NCBI GenBank assembly: GCA_000004985.1
Contig: GG738849.1
Length of the DNA stretch: 64,000 nt
Direction: 5' to 3' (one strand)
Origin: Naegleria gruberi
Lineage: Eukaryota
Shown here: positions 1-12,029 of the stretch, piece by piece
How the letters are laid out: every line of letters starts with the position of its first letter
How positions within the stretch are numbered: position 1 is the first letter of the stretch
Notes under the pieces: generated by a model
What the model was told of the DNA's origin: nothing
Databases searched by the model: none
What the model saw: only the letters and a program-made list of their open reading frames with translations
Made by a program: the position numbers and the translations under genes

Positions 1-3000
1 AGCATTATCCTCTTCACTACTGCTATCCTCATATTCCTCATCCTCGTCTGTTGATTCAATATAACTTTCATGGAATAGGAATTCTTCAATAGCGATACAC
101 AAATCTTTCCATGTTTCCTCATCAACATCTTTAACAAAACTGTCTTCTGGAGAAATAACACAAGCCTTAACGACATTTTCTAAACCCTTGATGGAGGATT
201 TCCATAAAAAGTAGCTCTTTTGATTGGATTGTTTGACAAACTTGGTTTGAATCATATCGCCCAATAACTGAATAGTTTGCTTAAAAAGCTTTTGTCTAAC
301 AGCTGTAGGAGCTTGCAAACAACAACACTCAAGCAAAGTTTTTTGAAGTAAAACAGCATACTTGACAGGTGTCTCTATTTGTCCCTTTCTAATTGAATTC
401 TTAGAAGGAAGATGATTGCTTAAAATATCAAAAATGTATTCTCTAGTTTCGTCAGAGAATGAACTAATTTTACAAACCAAATCCATACAAGATCTTTGCA
501 CGGCAGATGGGAATATTATTACATTTACAGCTGCAGGACAAACTAGAAATTGGTCAATAAGATAATTAATAACATTTCTAATATCCTCTTGAGTGAAGAT
601 ACTTTCACCTCCATTTTGTTGTTGTTCATATAATTTTCCAATACCATCTAATAGTTGAGTTATTGTATCCACATTTACAAATGATTCTTTCTTATCATTA
701 GTGACATACTTGGAAAAATCTGCAAGTGTATGCCAAATTTCCCAAGCACCCTTCCACAGATTTTGCTTAATTTTACCTCTTGTACAGCTGATCATATCGT
801 ATAGATTTTTAACAGCTGTCATGGCAATTTCTGATGTTTTGGAGAGGACAGACTTGTGAATAAATAATGTAATATCGTTGCATGCCTTATCAACAAATAA
901 TGGAATTTCAGAAAGGATAGTTTTTCCGTGTTCACAAACAACTCTAGATACGAAATCAATTACCAAGGCTCTTGTTTCGCTCCATTGTTTAGCGGCAGTA
1001 TTTCTTGTGTGGTGAACAACAATTTGTTTCTTCTTTTTCTTTGAATCATCTGACTCAATTTGAGCATCTTTTCCTGCTGTTGGGAGCTCAAAATCTTCTA
1101 AACTGGTCTCAGCAGAGGTAGCAGCTTCGTGTGTCATGTCGAGAATCTTCAAGAGAATGTCAGAAATACACTTTTCCCATGTCTTTTTGATGAGTTGATC
1201 TCCTTGTGAAACCATTACAAATGATAGGATTTTAAGGGAAGAGTTTCTAACGTCAGGTCTAGAGTCTACAGTTGCTTCTCTGAGCTGCTCATAAAGAGTC
1301 AACCACAATTCATCAACTCTACTCAAATCACCTTCATTTTCTCCTGCCTCTTTATCATCTTTGTAAGTGTCTTGATTCTTTACTTTTGGATATCTGTCAG
1401 TTAAAAATTCAGCACTACTCATAAATAAATTGATGGCAACAAAACTTAAATTCAAGTCTGAGGCATCTCTTTGTTTGACATATGCACTGATTACAGTGAA
1501 AAACTCTGTAAGACATTCAAATCCTAATGTTGGTAAATATTCTTTGGAGGCTATGGATTGTACGCACTTGAAACCAAGTGGAATTAATTTGGCTCTATTT
1601 ACAGTGCTATTTGCTGACTTCTTTTTCGAGGTAGGAAGAGCAGCACATTCTTTTAACAATGGAAGCAAAACAGTCCAGGCTGTAGTGAGCTTGTGGCCAC
1701 ATTTACCAATAAGACTGTTAAGAGTTGTCAAAAGTTGTTCTCTTGTTTCCATATAATCACATGATGATTGGAAAATATCCATGAAAATAGTAAACACAAT
1801 TCTTTCCAAATCTGGAGATACTATCTCATTACTTTCCAATTCTCCGTCCTTGTTTCCAAATCTTACGCTATATTTGTTATTCTCAGGTCTATACATTGAG
1901 ATGATAACTTCATAAACGAAATTAATAGATGATTTACGAGTATGTTCATTTTCATTCTCTACCAACCATAGAATGTGAGAGGAAAACAGAGGCCATGTTT
2001 TCTCTACCCTATTCATATTGACTTGAACAGTTTCCAAAATTTTTTGTGCTGCAAATAATCTACTTTCACCAAGGAGGGCATTATTGGTTGTATCTTGTGA
2101 CAATCTGCACAATGACTTCAACATTACAAGAACAGATTCATCACTCAAGTGAGAGGTACTCATGAATAAATTTTGTAAAGCTGCAAACAAAATATTTAAA
2201 TCTTCTTGTTCACTTTCTGGTGCTGATGTGAAAGGCATTCTTTGGTTGAGTAGCTTATCAATTACCAAGAAATTCTTAAGCAACAAGTACCAACTGCTCC
2301 CCAACAATCCACCAAGACAGTGAGCAATATTGAACAATATTTTCATGACCAATACAGATTTTCTATTGAGGTCATCCATTTTCATTGTTACATCGGTTGG
2401 GCTGTTAGCACTATTTGCAACAACTGGTTCATAAGTTGTGTAGAATAGATCGCTAGTATTACTAAGATTAGAACTGGAATAGGTTCTTCTGGATAATTTG
2501 ATTTTTGGGGTAAATTTACAAAGGTTTGTCAAGAAGGCATCTCTTGGTGCTGATAATCCAGTAATTCCGCATGTATGAGTAAATAAGAGGTAGTTTCTCA
2601 AAATTGATTGAATATTTTCATCACCTTCACAAACCTCTAAGAGAATATACAATAAAGTTAATGTTGGCGCCCAAACAAGGTTTACAAATATTGAGCATAT
2701 TTTTTTCTTTTCCAAAGATTCTTCAGTATCTTCATCAACTTGGTTTTTCTTGATAGGACCAGTTGGTTTCTGAATACCTGACATGATACTCAGGGAAGTT
2801 ATTAATCCAGTGATACACTCTAAACAAGCACCAATTGATTCTCCAAGAGAAGGTGAATAGGTAGTCTTGTCAACTAGAATATCTAGTCTTGAAGTTTGTT
2901 TTTGTGTTAAATCAAAATTGCTTAACTTTGCAGATAAGCTACTGCTTCCTGTATTAATTGGTTGAGTATTCTTCTCGGCACTCATCGGGTCTGTTGGAGT

Positions 3001-4371
3001 ACCTGGAGTGGCTGATGTATTATAGTTGAGTAACTGTTGTACATAGGTAGTGACAGCACTAGAAAGTTTTGTAATAATATGTCCATCAATATTCAATTCA
3101 CCATTCTCAGATGATGAAGGTAGAGATTTATGAATATGAATCAATAATTCATAATCATAAAATATACTTTTCAACACTTCTAAAGCCAATACCTTGTTGC
3201 ATTGATTGGAAGATTTTTCAATAACATCTCGCAAGTGATCACAAATGACAAGAGTAAAAGTTTCAAAATGAAGAACCAAACCAAATGAATTGATTACAGA
3301 GCTTAAAAGCTTGTAAACTCGAAGCATTAAAGAAAAATTTGTAGAACTTCCATTAGAAATATTACTAATATTTGTCAATAAAAATGGTGTCATTCTTTGA
3401 CTGATGATATTCTTGAATAGATCAAACTGTAAGACAAAGTATTAATTAAATAATAAATAATTAATTGTACTTACTGTTGTAAAATATTTTCCATAATGTG
3501 ACAGTACTGAATCAACCAATTCAAGAATAAAATTAATATCTATATTTGAAATTCCAAGCCATTCCCCTGTTTCACCTTGAATAGTAGCACAAAGATCATT
3601 AAAATACAAAAATGCATTCTTGAATTGATTAGATTCCTCATCAATGGATCTTTCCAATTCTTCATTAGTCTCTGGATTAATTTTAGGTTTTAAAAATTCA
3701 AAAATTGATATTGTAGCTTGACGAAGAGTGGCTTTAGCAGTCATGTCAACATTTAAACTTTTAGATCCTTCCAGTGAATAGCATAATTTTAACAATTTTG
3801 AGAGTGTAATTTGATTAAGTTCATAACCCTCTCGTGCAGTGAAAATTGCCAAGACTAACTGAAGAATTTTAAGTTGCACATTTTCCTCTGTTGTGTGTTG
3901 TCCTAATCGACTGACTGTTTCTACAATAATATTCAATCCAGCCTGATGGTGATTGTTCGGAATTTGTGAAAAGCAATAAACCTACCTCGGGTACAGCACC
4001 ATATAGTAAAAGTTGATGAAGTGAAGATAGAGCAGTCACTATTAATTTTGTTGTTTTGCTTTCGCAAGCTATAAGAAATGGTTTAACAATATCCTCATTA
4101 TTTCCTTTAATCACTAAATAATAATAACAATAAATTCCGAAGATATTTTCCATCATCAAAATATTCACTTTAATCCACAAAATAAAACAGACCACATACA
4201 CTGAATAACTTGATCAGATGAAATACCTTGCTCTTCCATCTTTTCTTGTATCGATCTTAGTTGTCTGACACCACGATCAGCAGCATCTTTGATTGCCGGA
4301 AACTTCTTCTGTTGTGCTTCCACAGATAAAGATCTCAACTCACTCTGTAGTACCTTGAGAAGAGAACTCAT
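1..4371 (-). CDS. mon2: MON2 homolog (Golgi/endosome ARF-GEF-like scaffold), 5' portion; 3' end lies beyond the window start. Exon model (minus strand): 4371-4200, 4113-3986, 3942-3475, 3426-1
   Basis: The N-terminus MSSLLKVLQSELRSLSVEAQQKKFPAIKDAADRGV aligns with the MON2 N-terminus (human [27 protein letters not shown]). Downstream exons continue MON2-like with PFL..CESKTTK and QFKNAFLYFNDLCATIQGE. Three GT..AG introns of 86, 43 and 48 nt restore the frame between the ORF-track fragments 4165-4371, 3869-4201 and 3442-3936. The long open minus-strand frame from 3426 to 1 is missing from the ORF track only because it has no stop inside the window. Confidence 0.75.
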
Positions 4372-4579
4372 TTTTTGATTAAAAAAAAGAGCTCGAAATA
4401 TTTAAATTGATGATATTATTAATACATTACTCTGCTACCTGGTGATGAAAAATATTATGTAAATTTATGTAAATTGGTATTGATAATAATTTATTTGTGA
4501 TTTATGTGATTTAAATTGGATGATTTAAAAAATTGGCGTTACGTAGCTTGTTGGATTTATTTTAAATTGGTTTTTTGTA

Positions 4580-4601
4580 TGTGATCGAAAATGGCGGGAA
4601 T
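4580..4601. promoter_or_regulatory. Composite ATCGA + E2F-like site (TGATCGAAAATGGCGGGAAT) in the divergent MON2/CEP120-like promoter
   Basis: GGCGGGAA matches the E2F consensus TTTSSCGC in reverse. It sits in a 217-bp AT-rich intergenic region. The ATG inside atggcggga is followed by a stop after 12 codons and is not a gene start. Confidence 0.45.
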
Positions 4602-4625
4602 CAAACTACAAAAAAATGCAAAAAC

Positions 4626-7600
4626 ATGAGAAGACAACCACCTTCGTCATCGCCCAATAGTAGTAAACCACAACAACAATCAACATCTGCAAATGTGCAA
4701 CAACAATCAAATAATATAGTTCCTAATGTAGCCGTCAGTGAAACTAGTAGACAACATCCATTTTTCTTGCAAGGAAAAGATGAGCCCATCCTTTCCGAAT
4801 CACTGCCTCCAAAAGTGAGAGGCCAATGCTTGGGAGAGATATTCCTATGCTTGCATTGCATCAAGTGGATTACATAATAATAATAATAATTTTGCAATTC
4901 ATCCAATTTGGTGGGGAAGTGATGACAGATCTGTGTCACTTATTCCATCCAGCAATGAATCAAACAGCAAGGAGGATAAATCCAAAATCTCTGTAAGATA
5001 TCCTGTGAAAACAACAGAGGATATATTTAGAATATACCTGTCGAGTATGTAGTATTCATGCAATTTCATTAATTTACACAATATTAGATTCAAAGATTTT
5101 ATCATTGGTGATTGTGGATTGTTCAAGCCAAAATATTATTGCTGAAGCAGCAGTACCAGTTATTCAAATTTCATCATCAAATGCTATTCAAAAAGAGTAA
5201 GTATCTCAATATCATTTTCTGACCCTCAATAGATGGTTCAACGCTAAAAAAGGAAATGAAATTATTGCAAGTATTCAAGTGACAATAGCATTGGATTATT
5301 TTCTTCAAGTGACATCTTCTTCCCCTCAAAAACCTGCAAAAATTCAGAAAGAAATAGAAAGTGACTCAACAAGAGAAACAGAAAAGAAGCAAGAAAAGAA
5401 AGAACAGAAACCACAAGTACTGAAACACTACGATACAGATCCAGCAGAGGATGAAAAAACTGAAAAAGCTCCAAAAAAAACCGTATCAAAGACAGTAACA
5501 ATACGGGAGCCTTCAAGCAATAGCTTTGAACCAAAAAAGGTAACTGATCCAATTGACGATCTAATTCAGAATGCAAATATGCTAGAAAATGAAGTGAAAA
5601 AGTATTTATCAGAAAGCAATGTACCATTTTTCGATATACACTCTTTTAATAACAGAGAATCTACGGATGAAGTTCCCTTCTTCTTGAGGGATCAGGAGGA
5701 AGATGATAAGTAAGTATTCTTAATTCATCTGAGCATTTTAATTCTTCAAAGTTTCTCTGCTTCCATATCAACGATTTCTCCACGAGCTAGTTTTGATGAA
5801 ACCCATCTCTCTGAGGAAGAGCCTGAGGAAGAAGAAACCCTTGCTCCTCCAAAAATTCCAATTCAACCTCCCCAACCTGTAATATACCACTTTTTCCAAT
5901 CACCTCCTCCTCAACCTCAATATCCAACCAAAAATAATTCACCTACCATTGCAGAGAGAAAGGTAAAATCACCTAAGGAAGAAAAATATACCCCTGCTGA
6001 GCCTAAACCAATAGCAAGTCAGGAAAATCCAGTCTTCAGACACCTCCACACTCACATTCATGTTGATGAAAAACCACCAGTTAAAACCAGAGTAAGTATA
6101 GATTTATTCGATTAACTGTATTAATAAGAATAGTTCAGTATAATGTTTCACATAATTTCTGCCAAGCTAACCAAACGAATAGAAGAAAAGGATAACTGTA
6201 GAATCAAGGTGGATTTTAAACTCCCTTTTGGAAAAGATAGAGGAAAGAGTTCCCAAAACATCATAGTTACCTTCGATGAAGATGTTCGAGTCAACACGTA
6301 TGAGATATTTTCCTTCTCCAACCAAAATGTATTTCTCCCAAAGTTTAGAGATTGTTGTATGGTTATTGAAATATTTGACAATTTCAACAATTTTCTTGGA
6401 CTCAATCTTCTCAATCTTAATATTTTCTATGAGGCATTTTCTTTTGAAAAAAATTCTCAGTACATGTTTCCAAATAAGGAGGAACCAGTGATTGGACATT
6501 ATGGAGCATTTTCATGTAGCAATCCTGTTTCGGATGAAGTGATTTTGGAAATGAATTGCGTGCTGGCATTCGGTACAGAGTTCCAGGTCAAGGGATTCCT
6601 CAATTATCAGAGAGCTGCAATGACGATTCAGAATTTCGTAAGGTCTTCCCTCTCAAAATCCAGAGATAAACATCCTGAAGAAAGAGACATGATAGAAGAT
6701 AACAAACGCTTTAAACCAAGACCAAATGATGAAATCGAACAACCACGAGAAGAATACGAAGAAGAGGAACAGTATCACGAAGAAGATCAATACCCTATTA
6801 CCGAAAGCCAAGATATTGTTCATCCTATCTCTAAACCAAGTTCTCGAAATCACCAAGGTCAACAACAACCTGTTAATATACCAAAATGTATACCTCTTCC
6901 TGTGTTGTCATGTTTGACGGTGAGAATCAATAGAGCAACTGGATTGAAAGAGGCTGCCATTAAAGTGGGCTCATACAATTCACACCTTAGAGCAGCATCA
7001 CAAATTGGTGTGAATCCATTCATTGAGTTTGACAATATTAGTGGAGGTAAACCCATTCAAACACCAATATTAGCCAAAACATTTTGTCCAGTGTGGGACT
7101 TTGAGCATACTTTTGAGATATTTATTGATGAGTCAATGTTCCATACTTTGAATCATGATGAGATCATTTTCAAAGTTTTCCATAGAATTCCTCAATCTAG
7201 GATTGTCAGTCCCAATACCCCAACAGTAATTCAACTTGGAACAGTTGCGATACCTTTAAAGTATCTATTGAAATGTAAGAATGGTATTTCAGGTTGGTTT
7301 GATGTTTATGCACAAGATGAATCCATTGTTGGTACTGTAGATATTAGTATGACCTTTGATGAGAATACTGTTAACAACCTGTTTTTGAAAGAGCCTAATT
7401 CCAAAGTGGTTCAATCAAACAAACCTTCCCATTCCATTTGCAGGTTTACTATTGTCATTGAAGAAGTGAATATACCAACAGAGGTTACAGAGAGTCTAGT
7501 GCCATTTTACATGTCAGAACAAGAGCAACCAATACCTTGCTTTTTCTTTTTATCTTACAGATTGTTGGGAGAAGATTCTGTCATTGATAGCAGGCTGTAT

Positions 7601-8959
7601 AAATCTTCAACTAATGTTTCAAAGACAATACTACATCATACTACAGAGTTTAAGAAGGTTATTGACTCCAAGTTCAAGAAGTTGGTAGAAAAGGAAAAGA
7701 TGACAATACAAATTTATTGCTCTATTGATAACGGAAAACCAGCAGACGAGCAAACCATTAGGAAAAGAGCCAAACTCATTGGTTGTGTCTATATTGACTT
7801 GAAAAAGTTGTTTGAAAAGGGAAATCAAAAAACAGCCTATATAAGTGGAATTTACAATATTATTAACACTGAATCGGATAATCTCAATAATGGAAATGTT
7901 AAAATCAAACTAGGATGTGAAAAGATCAATTTTGGAGAACACCAACAAAAGATCAGAGAAAGCCTCATTCTCAACAGTAATAACTTTAAAAATATTGGTG
8001 TTCAAGCCAATACGAGCTTTTCTCTTCAATCTGAAGATGACTCTCAATTTATAGAGCAAATGGAGGAGCCAGAAGTTACTATGGATGAAAAAGCTCTGAA
8101 AATAACAGAAGAGTACTTGAAGGTTCAAAGCACTTCAAGAAAGAGAGTCAAGGTTCAAACAACATTCTCTCCTAATCAATCTGTAATAGAAGAACCAGAG
8201 GTCAATAGTCCAGTAATTCCCTCCAAGGCACCTTTGAACTATCTCAACATTAACATTGAAGAGGCTAATTTACCAAAAATTTATGGATATCATGGTGTAA
8301 AACCAAGGAATCCATACTCTTTTGTGAGACTTGTTCATCCAACTGGAGATTTGGAAAAGAGAGAGTACAGAACCAGATCAATTGAAAATGAGTGCAATCC
8401 CCACTGGGATGAATACTTACAACTTCCAATATTTTCTCAAATTGAAAATCTTTCCCTTCAAGTTTTCAGCAAGGACGAAAGCAAAGATTACTTGATAGGT
8501 ATTTCTAATATTGATCTATCTGGTCTGTGGTATGGTCTGAAAAAAATAGATGGTTGGTATCATATTGAAGACGCTGAAAAGTCGAAAATTGTTGGACAAA
8601 TCAAGATTAGTATTTCACCCGAGTTGTCTGTAAACAAAATTTCATCTCCCCAACTAGTGTTCAATAGCATTTCCATTCCAGAGGTTGACTATAAGGCATC
8701 TCTAGGAAGAAGTTTTGATAGACACTTACACTCCCTTATTAATAAGAATCAACCTTCTCCAAGCAATGGTGATTATAATACTCCTTCGGCTGGTGCATCA
8801 ACGCCAATCATTGAAGATAATATTAGCAATAAGGAAGATACTGACATAAGGGAAATCCCTGCATCCTTATACTCTAGCATGAATAGCGTAAATTTGGAAC
8901 GCGAAAAAGAAAAACTGAAAAATCACTTGCTTGACCTAGAAAACTTGTTGAATAAATGA
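4626..8959 (+). CDS. CEP120-like centriolar protein with multiple C2 domains and an IQ motif. Multi-exon; the 5' exons are only partly resolved. Exons I could place: about 4626-4814 (Q/S-rich), about 4990-5195 (beta-rich, frame joins the next exon; not a confident C2 call), about 5255-5712, about 5755-6092, and the last exon about 6135-8959
   Basis: The last exon (ORF 6143-8959) contains two clear C2 domains, LSCLTVRINRATGLKE...TFCPVWDFEHTFEIF and VRLVHPTGDLEKREYRTRSIENECNPHWDEY...KDYLIGISNIDLS. It also carries the CEP120 hallmark PCFFFLSYRLLGEDSV (human CEP120 PEFFFYYSLLGNDVT) and the IQ-like motif AAMTIQNFVR. Upstream exons join through GTAAGT..AG introns of 42-45 nt with conserved frame, for example ...AIQKE|WFNAKKGNEII and ...EEDD|N-FSASIS. 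An in-frame ATG with no preceding exon was not found for the beta-rich exon at about 4990-5195, so exon 1 is tentative. Confidence 0.55.
4875..4890. repeat. (TAA)5 microsatellite in an intron or spacer of the CEP120-like gene
   Basis: ataataataataataat. Confidence 0.8.
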
Positions 8960-8960
8960 T

Positions 8961-9800
8961 TTATTTTGAGAAAATTAATCTAAGAATGTAAAAAACGAAT
9001 AAGAGAATGATAATGGCAGCCAAGTGCAACATGTATGGATACTTGAATTGATACAAATCATACAAATGTTTGAGGTAATGTACAATGACCTTTCCAGAAA
9101 GTTTGCTAAACCCGTGCAATCTAACACCAAAAGCAAAGGCATGTTCAGCATGCTTTTTAACACCAGCCTTAGCATATAACTCGAGGGCAATCTTAAAACC
9201 AATTGGGTTAACAGAATTCAAAAGAGCTCTTTGATAAACTGATTTTGGTAAAGCGAAAAATCCAGACATTGGGTCAGAAAGTGGAGTAAGTGGTCTAGCC
9301 AAAGATCTAGCACCCTTTGAAATGATTTGACGATAGAGTGGCCAATTACTATCAACACTCATAGATCCACTTCCATATCTTGTTCCTAAAACGAATTCTA
9401 CTGCATTATCCTTAAATAAATATTGGAACATTTTTGGTACATCTTCAGGTGGATGTTGAAGATCTGCATCCATACACATCAAATATTGACCCTTTCCTTC
9501 ATCAAATCCTCTCAAGACAGCACTACTCAAACCCTTTTCATTGGTTCTTACAATAATTCTCAAGTTTGGATATTTAGTTTTATCCTTTGCCAATTCATTA
9601 ATAATATCATCACTTCCGTCCTTTGAATTATCATCAACAACGATCACTTCAGTATTACTTCTGATGAGTTTTTGTTGATCAAGAGTTTTAATTTCTTGTG
9701 TTTCCACAGCATCATAAATACGAGTGACCAATTCCTTCAAGTTGGCAGCTTCTTTAAAGGCTGGAATAACAATAGTAACGAGCACACTGCTTGAGGACAT
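8961..9800 (-). CDS. dpm1: Dolichol-phosphate mannosyltransferase (GT2 family) with a C-terminal transmembrane anchor, single exon
   Basis: VLVTIVIPAFKEAANLKELV, the DPM1 catalytic motif CMDADLQHPPE, GTRY, and a hydrophobic C-terminus as in yeast-type DPM1. The full 279-aa ORF starts at ATG 9800-9798. Confidence 0.85.
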   Translation of the reverse strand: MSSSSVLVTIVIPAFKEAANLKELVTRIYDAVETQEIKTLDQQKLIRSNTEVIVVDDNSKDGSDDIINELAKDKTKYPNLRIIVRTNEKGLSSAVLRGFDEGKGQYLMCMDADLQHPPEDVPKMFQYLFKDNAVEFVLGTRYGSGSMSVDSNWPLYRQIISKGARSLARPLTPLSDPMSGFFALPKSVYQRALLNSVNPIGFKIALELYAKAGVKKHAEHAFAFGVRLHGFSKLSGKVIVHYLKHLYDLYQFKYPYMLHLAAIIILLFVFYILRLIFSK

Positions 9801-10097
9801 TCTCCGATAACAATATTAAAAGAAAATAAATTGTTGATGAATAAAAGTAAAGCCTTGGCGATTCAAAGCTTGCTTAATTTTTTTTTGAAAGAAGAGGAAG
9901 ATTAAAGTGCGTGAACAGGAAACACGTGTTAGTGGTTAATGTTGGTTTGTAGATCTTTTGATAAGTGGGAAAAAACAATTATGAGTGTTGTTGTTCAGCA
10001 CTCACTTTACAAAGAAGTATTAGCTGCTCTCTTGTTCAATCAATTTCCAATCAGTGCTCTTTTACTATCGAAATGGACACAAGAGATTGTTTAAAAA

Positions 10098-11708
10098 ATG
10101 AAGAGGGTTTTGGTTACGGCAGCTTCATCATCGAGGAGGACGTCCCTATTAGTAGTGCCCTCATCATCATTATTGAAAATTGGAATTTCGAATAAATGTC
10201 CTTCTCAACAAATAGTACAATTATTGAACAAAACAAGTGGCACAGTGCTATCATCAAAATATTTTCACAATAATTTATCGGAAACATCTTCGATCAAGAA
10301 GAAGAATTTCCTCTCCTATCCTTCTTCATCTTCAATAACATCATTACGTAATTTTTCCAAGAGAAATCCAATCACTTCATCTCCAAATTCTTCCTCCGAA
10401 CAACAAGGTCAAGAGTATGATCCACAAAAAATCAGTAGAAATGCTGTTGTGAAAGCCATTGCTGGTAACGCCTTCATTACTGGTATCAAATTTATGGCTT
10501 ATCTTTCCTCTGGAAGTGCAACCATGTTGGCTGAAACTTGCCACTCTCTCATCGACTCTTTAAATCAAGGATTATTATTTCTGGGTATTAAACAATCATC
10601 AAGAACTCCGGATCAGGTAGGTATCTTTACCATAATATTTATTATTATTTACTATTAATTTATTATTAACTTATATTACTGATGGACTTGATAAAAGAAA
10701 TATCAATATGGATACGGAAGAGCTCGTTACTTTTATTCACTAGTTAGTGCATTGGGTATTTTCTGGGTAGGCAGTTTTTCCGTCATGTATAATGGAATTC
10801 AAACTTTGATACATCCAATTACAGAAAGTTTTACATCAAATAATGTAGCTACTGAGCACTCTTTGACAGAGTCGATAGCTGCCTCTCATCATCATTTAAT
10901 TGACAAGGAGTCTTGGTCTTATTCACTATTATCAAATTTTATGCCAGATCAAATGGTCACTACAATGATTTGTAATTATGGTCTAGTCACACCAGTGGTA
11001 CTCTTTATTTCATTAATAATTGATGGAGGAGTTCTTTTGAGTGTAATCAAAGATTTGAAAGAAGAAAAACCAAAAGATATGGGAATATTGACCTACCTCA
11101 AAGGTATACAGGATCCTATGGTATTGGCTGTACTTCTTGAAGATTTGGCTGCCTGTTTGGGTGTTTTTATTGCCTTTGGTGGAATTGGCATGTCAGTGTA
11201 CACAAACAATCTTGTCTATGATACAGTTGCTTCATTGGCTATTGGTGGTTTATTAGGAGTCGTCTCTCTTTCCCTCATCGAACTTAACAAGAATTATTTA
11301 ATTGGTAGAAGTATTGATAGTAAGACCGAAGCTAGAGTTAGAGAAATTCTAATGAGAAGGGAGTCGATTGAGGCTGTCTATGCAATTCAATCACAGTGGC
11401 TCAGTCCAACCAGTTTTAGTATTACTATTGAAGTTGATTTTAATGGTCACTATTTTTGTAAAGTACTCAAAGAGCTAGGATATGAAAAGGAGTTTATCAG
11501 AAAGGGTAAAGATGTTAAAGAACTTATGAAACTCCTCAACTGGTATACTGAAGATGTTACCAAGGCTATGGAGAGAGAAATTATTGACATTGAGGATGAT
11601 ATCAGAAGACAAATTCCAGAAGCAACATTTATAGAGTTAGAACCTAGTAGTAATTTGACAAATTTCAGAATTGTTGAATACTTGTTGAGCGATTCTAGAA
11701 GAGATTAA
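10098..11708 (+). CDS. Cation diffusion facilitator (CDF) metal transporter, MMT1/2-like, with a mitochondrial-type presequence. Exons 10098-10616 and 10699-11708
   Basis: N-terminus MKRVLVTAASSSRRTSLLVV, Arg/Ser-rich. The CDF core is NAVVKAIAGNAFITGIKFMAYLSSGSATMLAETCHSLIDSLNQ. An 82-nt intron (gtaggt...aaaag) joins ...RTPDQ to KYQYGYGRARYFYSLVSALGIFWVGSF, restoring the conserved CDF YGYGR segment that is split between ORFs 10098-10658 and 10752-11708. Confidence 0.8.
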
Positions 11709-12029
11709 AAATTCTTAATGTATTATTAATACTGTATGGCTCAATCTCTTTCAAATACATTCAATGTGTTCTCAACAATATTTTGTAAAATGGTCTATTT
11801 TTGGCCAAGATGTTTGTTGCCTACATTGCACGTTTAAACTTCCAAGTCCTTTTGTTGATGATTGAAAAAGGTTACTCTATTGAGATGAAACAAAATTAAA
11901 AAAAACGCTTCTTCGTCTCCTGTTGAATCTGCTAATAAGAAACAATAACTTCCCGAAGAGAGCAAGTCTTTGTATATAACCGTGTTATTGTATTATATAA
12001 TATTTACTAGTATTATATTTTTGTAAATA

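Noticed and set aside
1430-1756. ORF-track + strand ORF (108 aa) and many other 60-110-aa ORFs, for example 12761-12964, 15066-15263, 16157-16690, 19681-19908, 26880-27191, 35319-35597, 46175-46498 and 58760-59170
   Set aside because: All lie antisense to, or out of frame within, long well-supported genes (MON2, ATG2, SNF2, ASH2, TRK, P-type ATPase). They have low-complexity translations and no conservation, and are typical shadow ORFs of AT-rich coding sequence.
4589-4625. ATG at 4591 inside aaaatggcgggaat as the start of the CEP120-like gene
   Set aside because: It terminates after 12 codons (MAGIKLQKNAKT-stop). The ATG is part of the E2F-like GGCGGGAA motif. The longer frame from ATG 4626 is more plausible, though still tentative.
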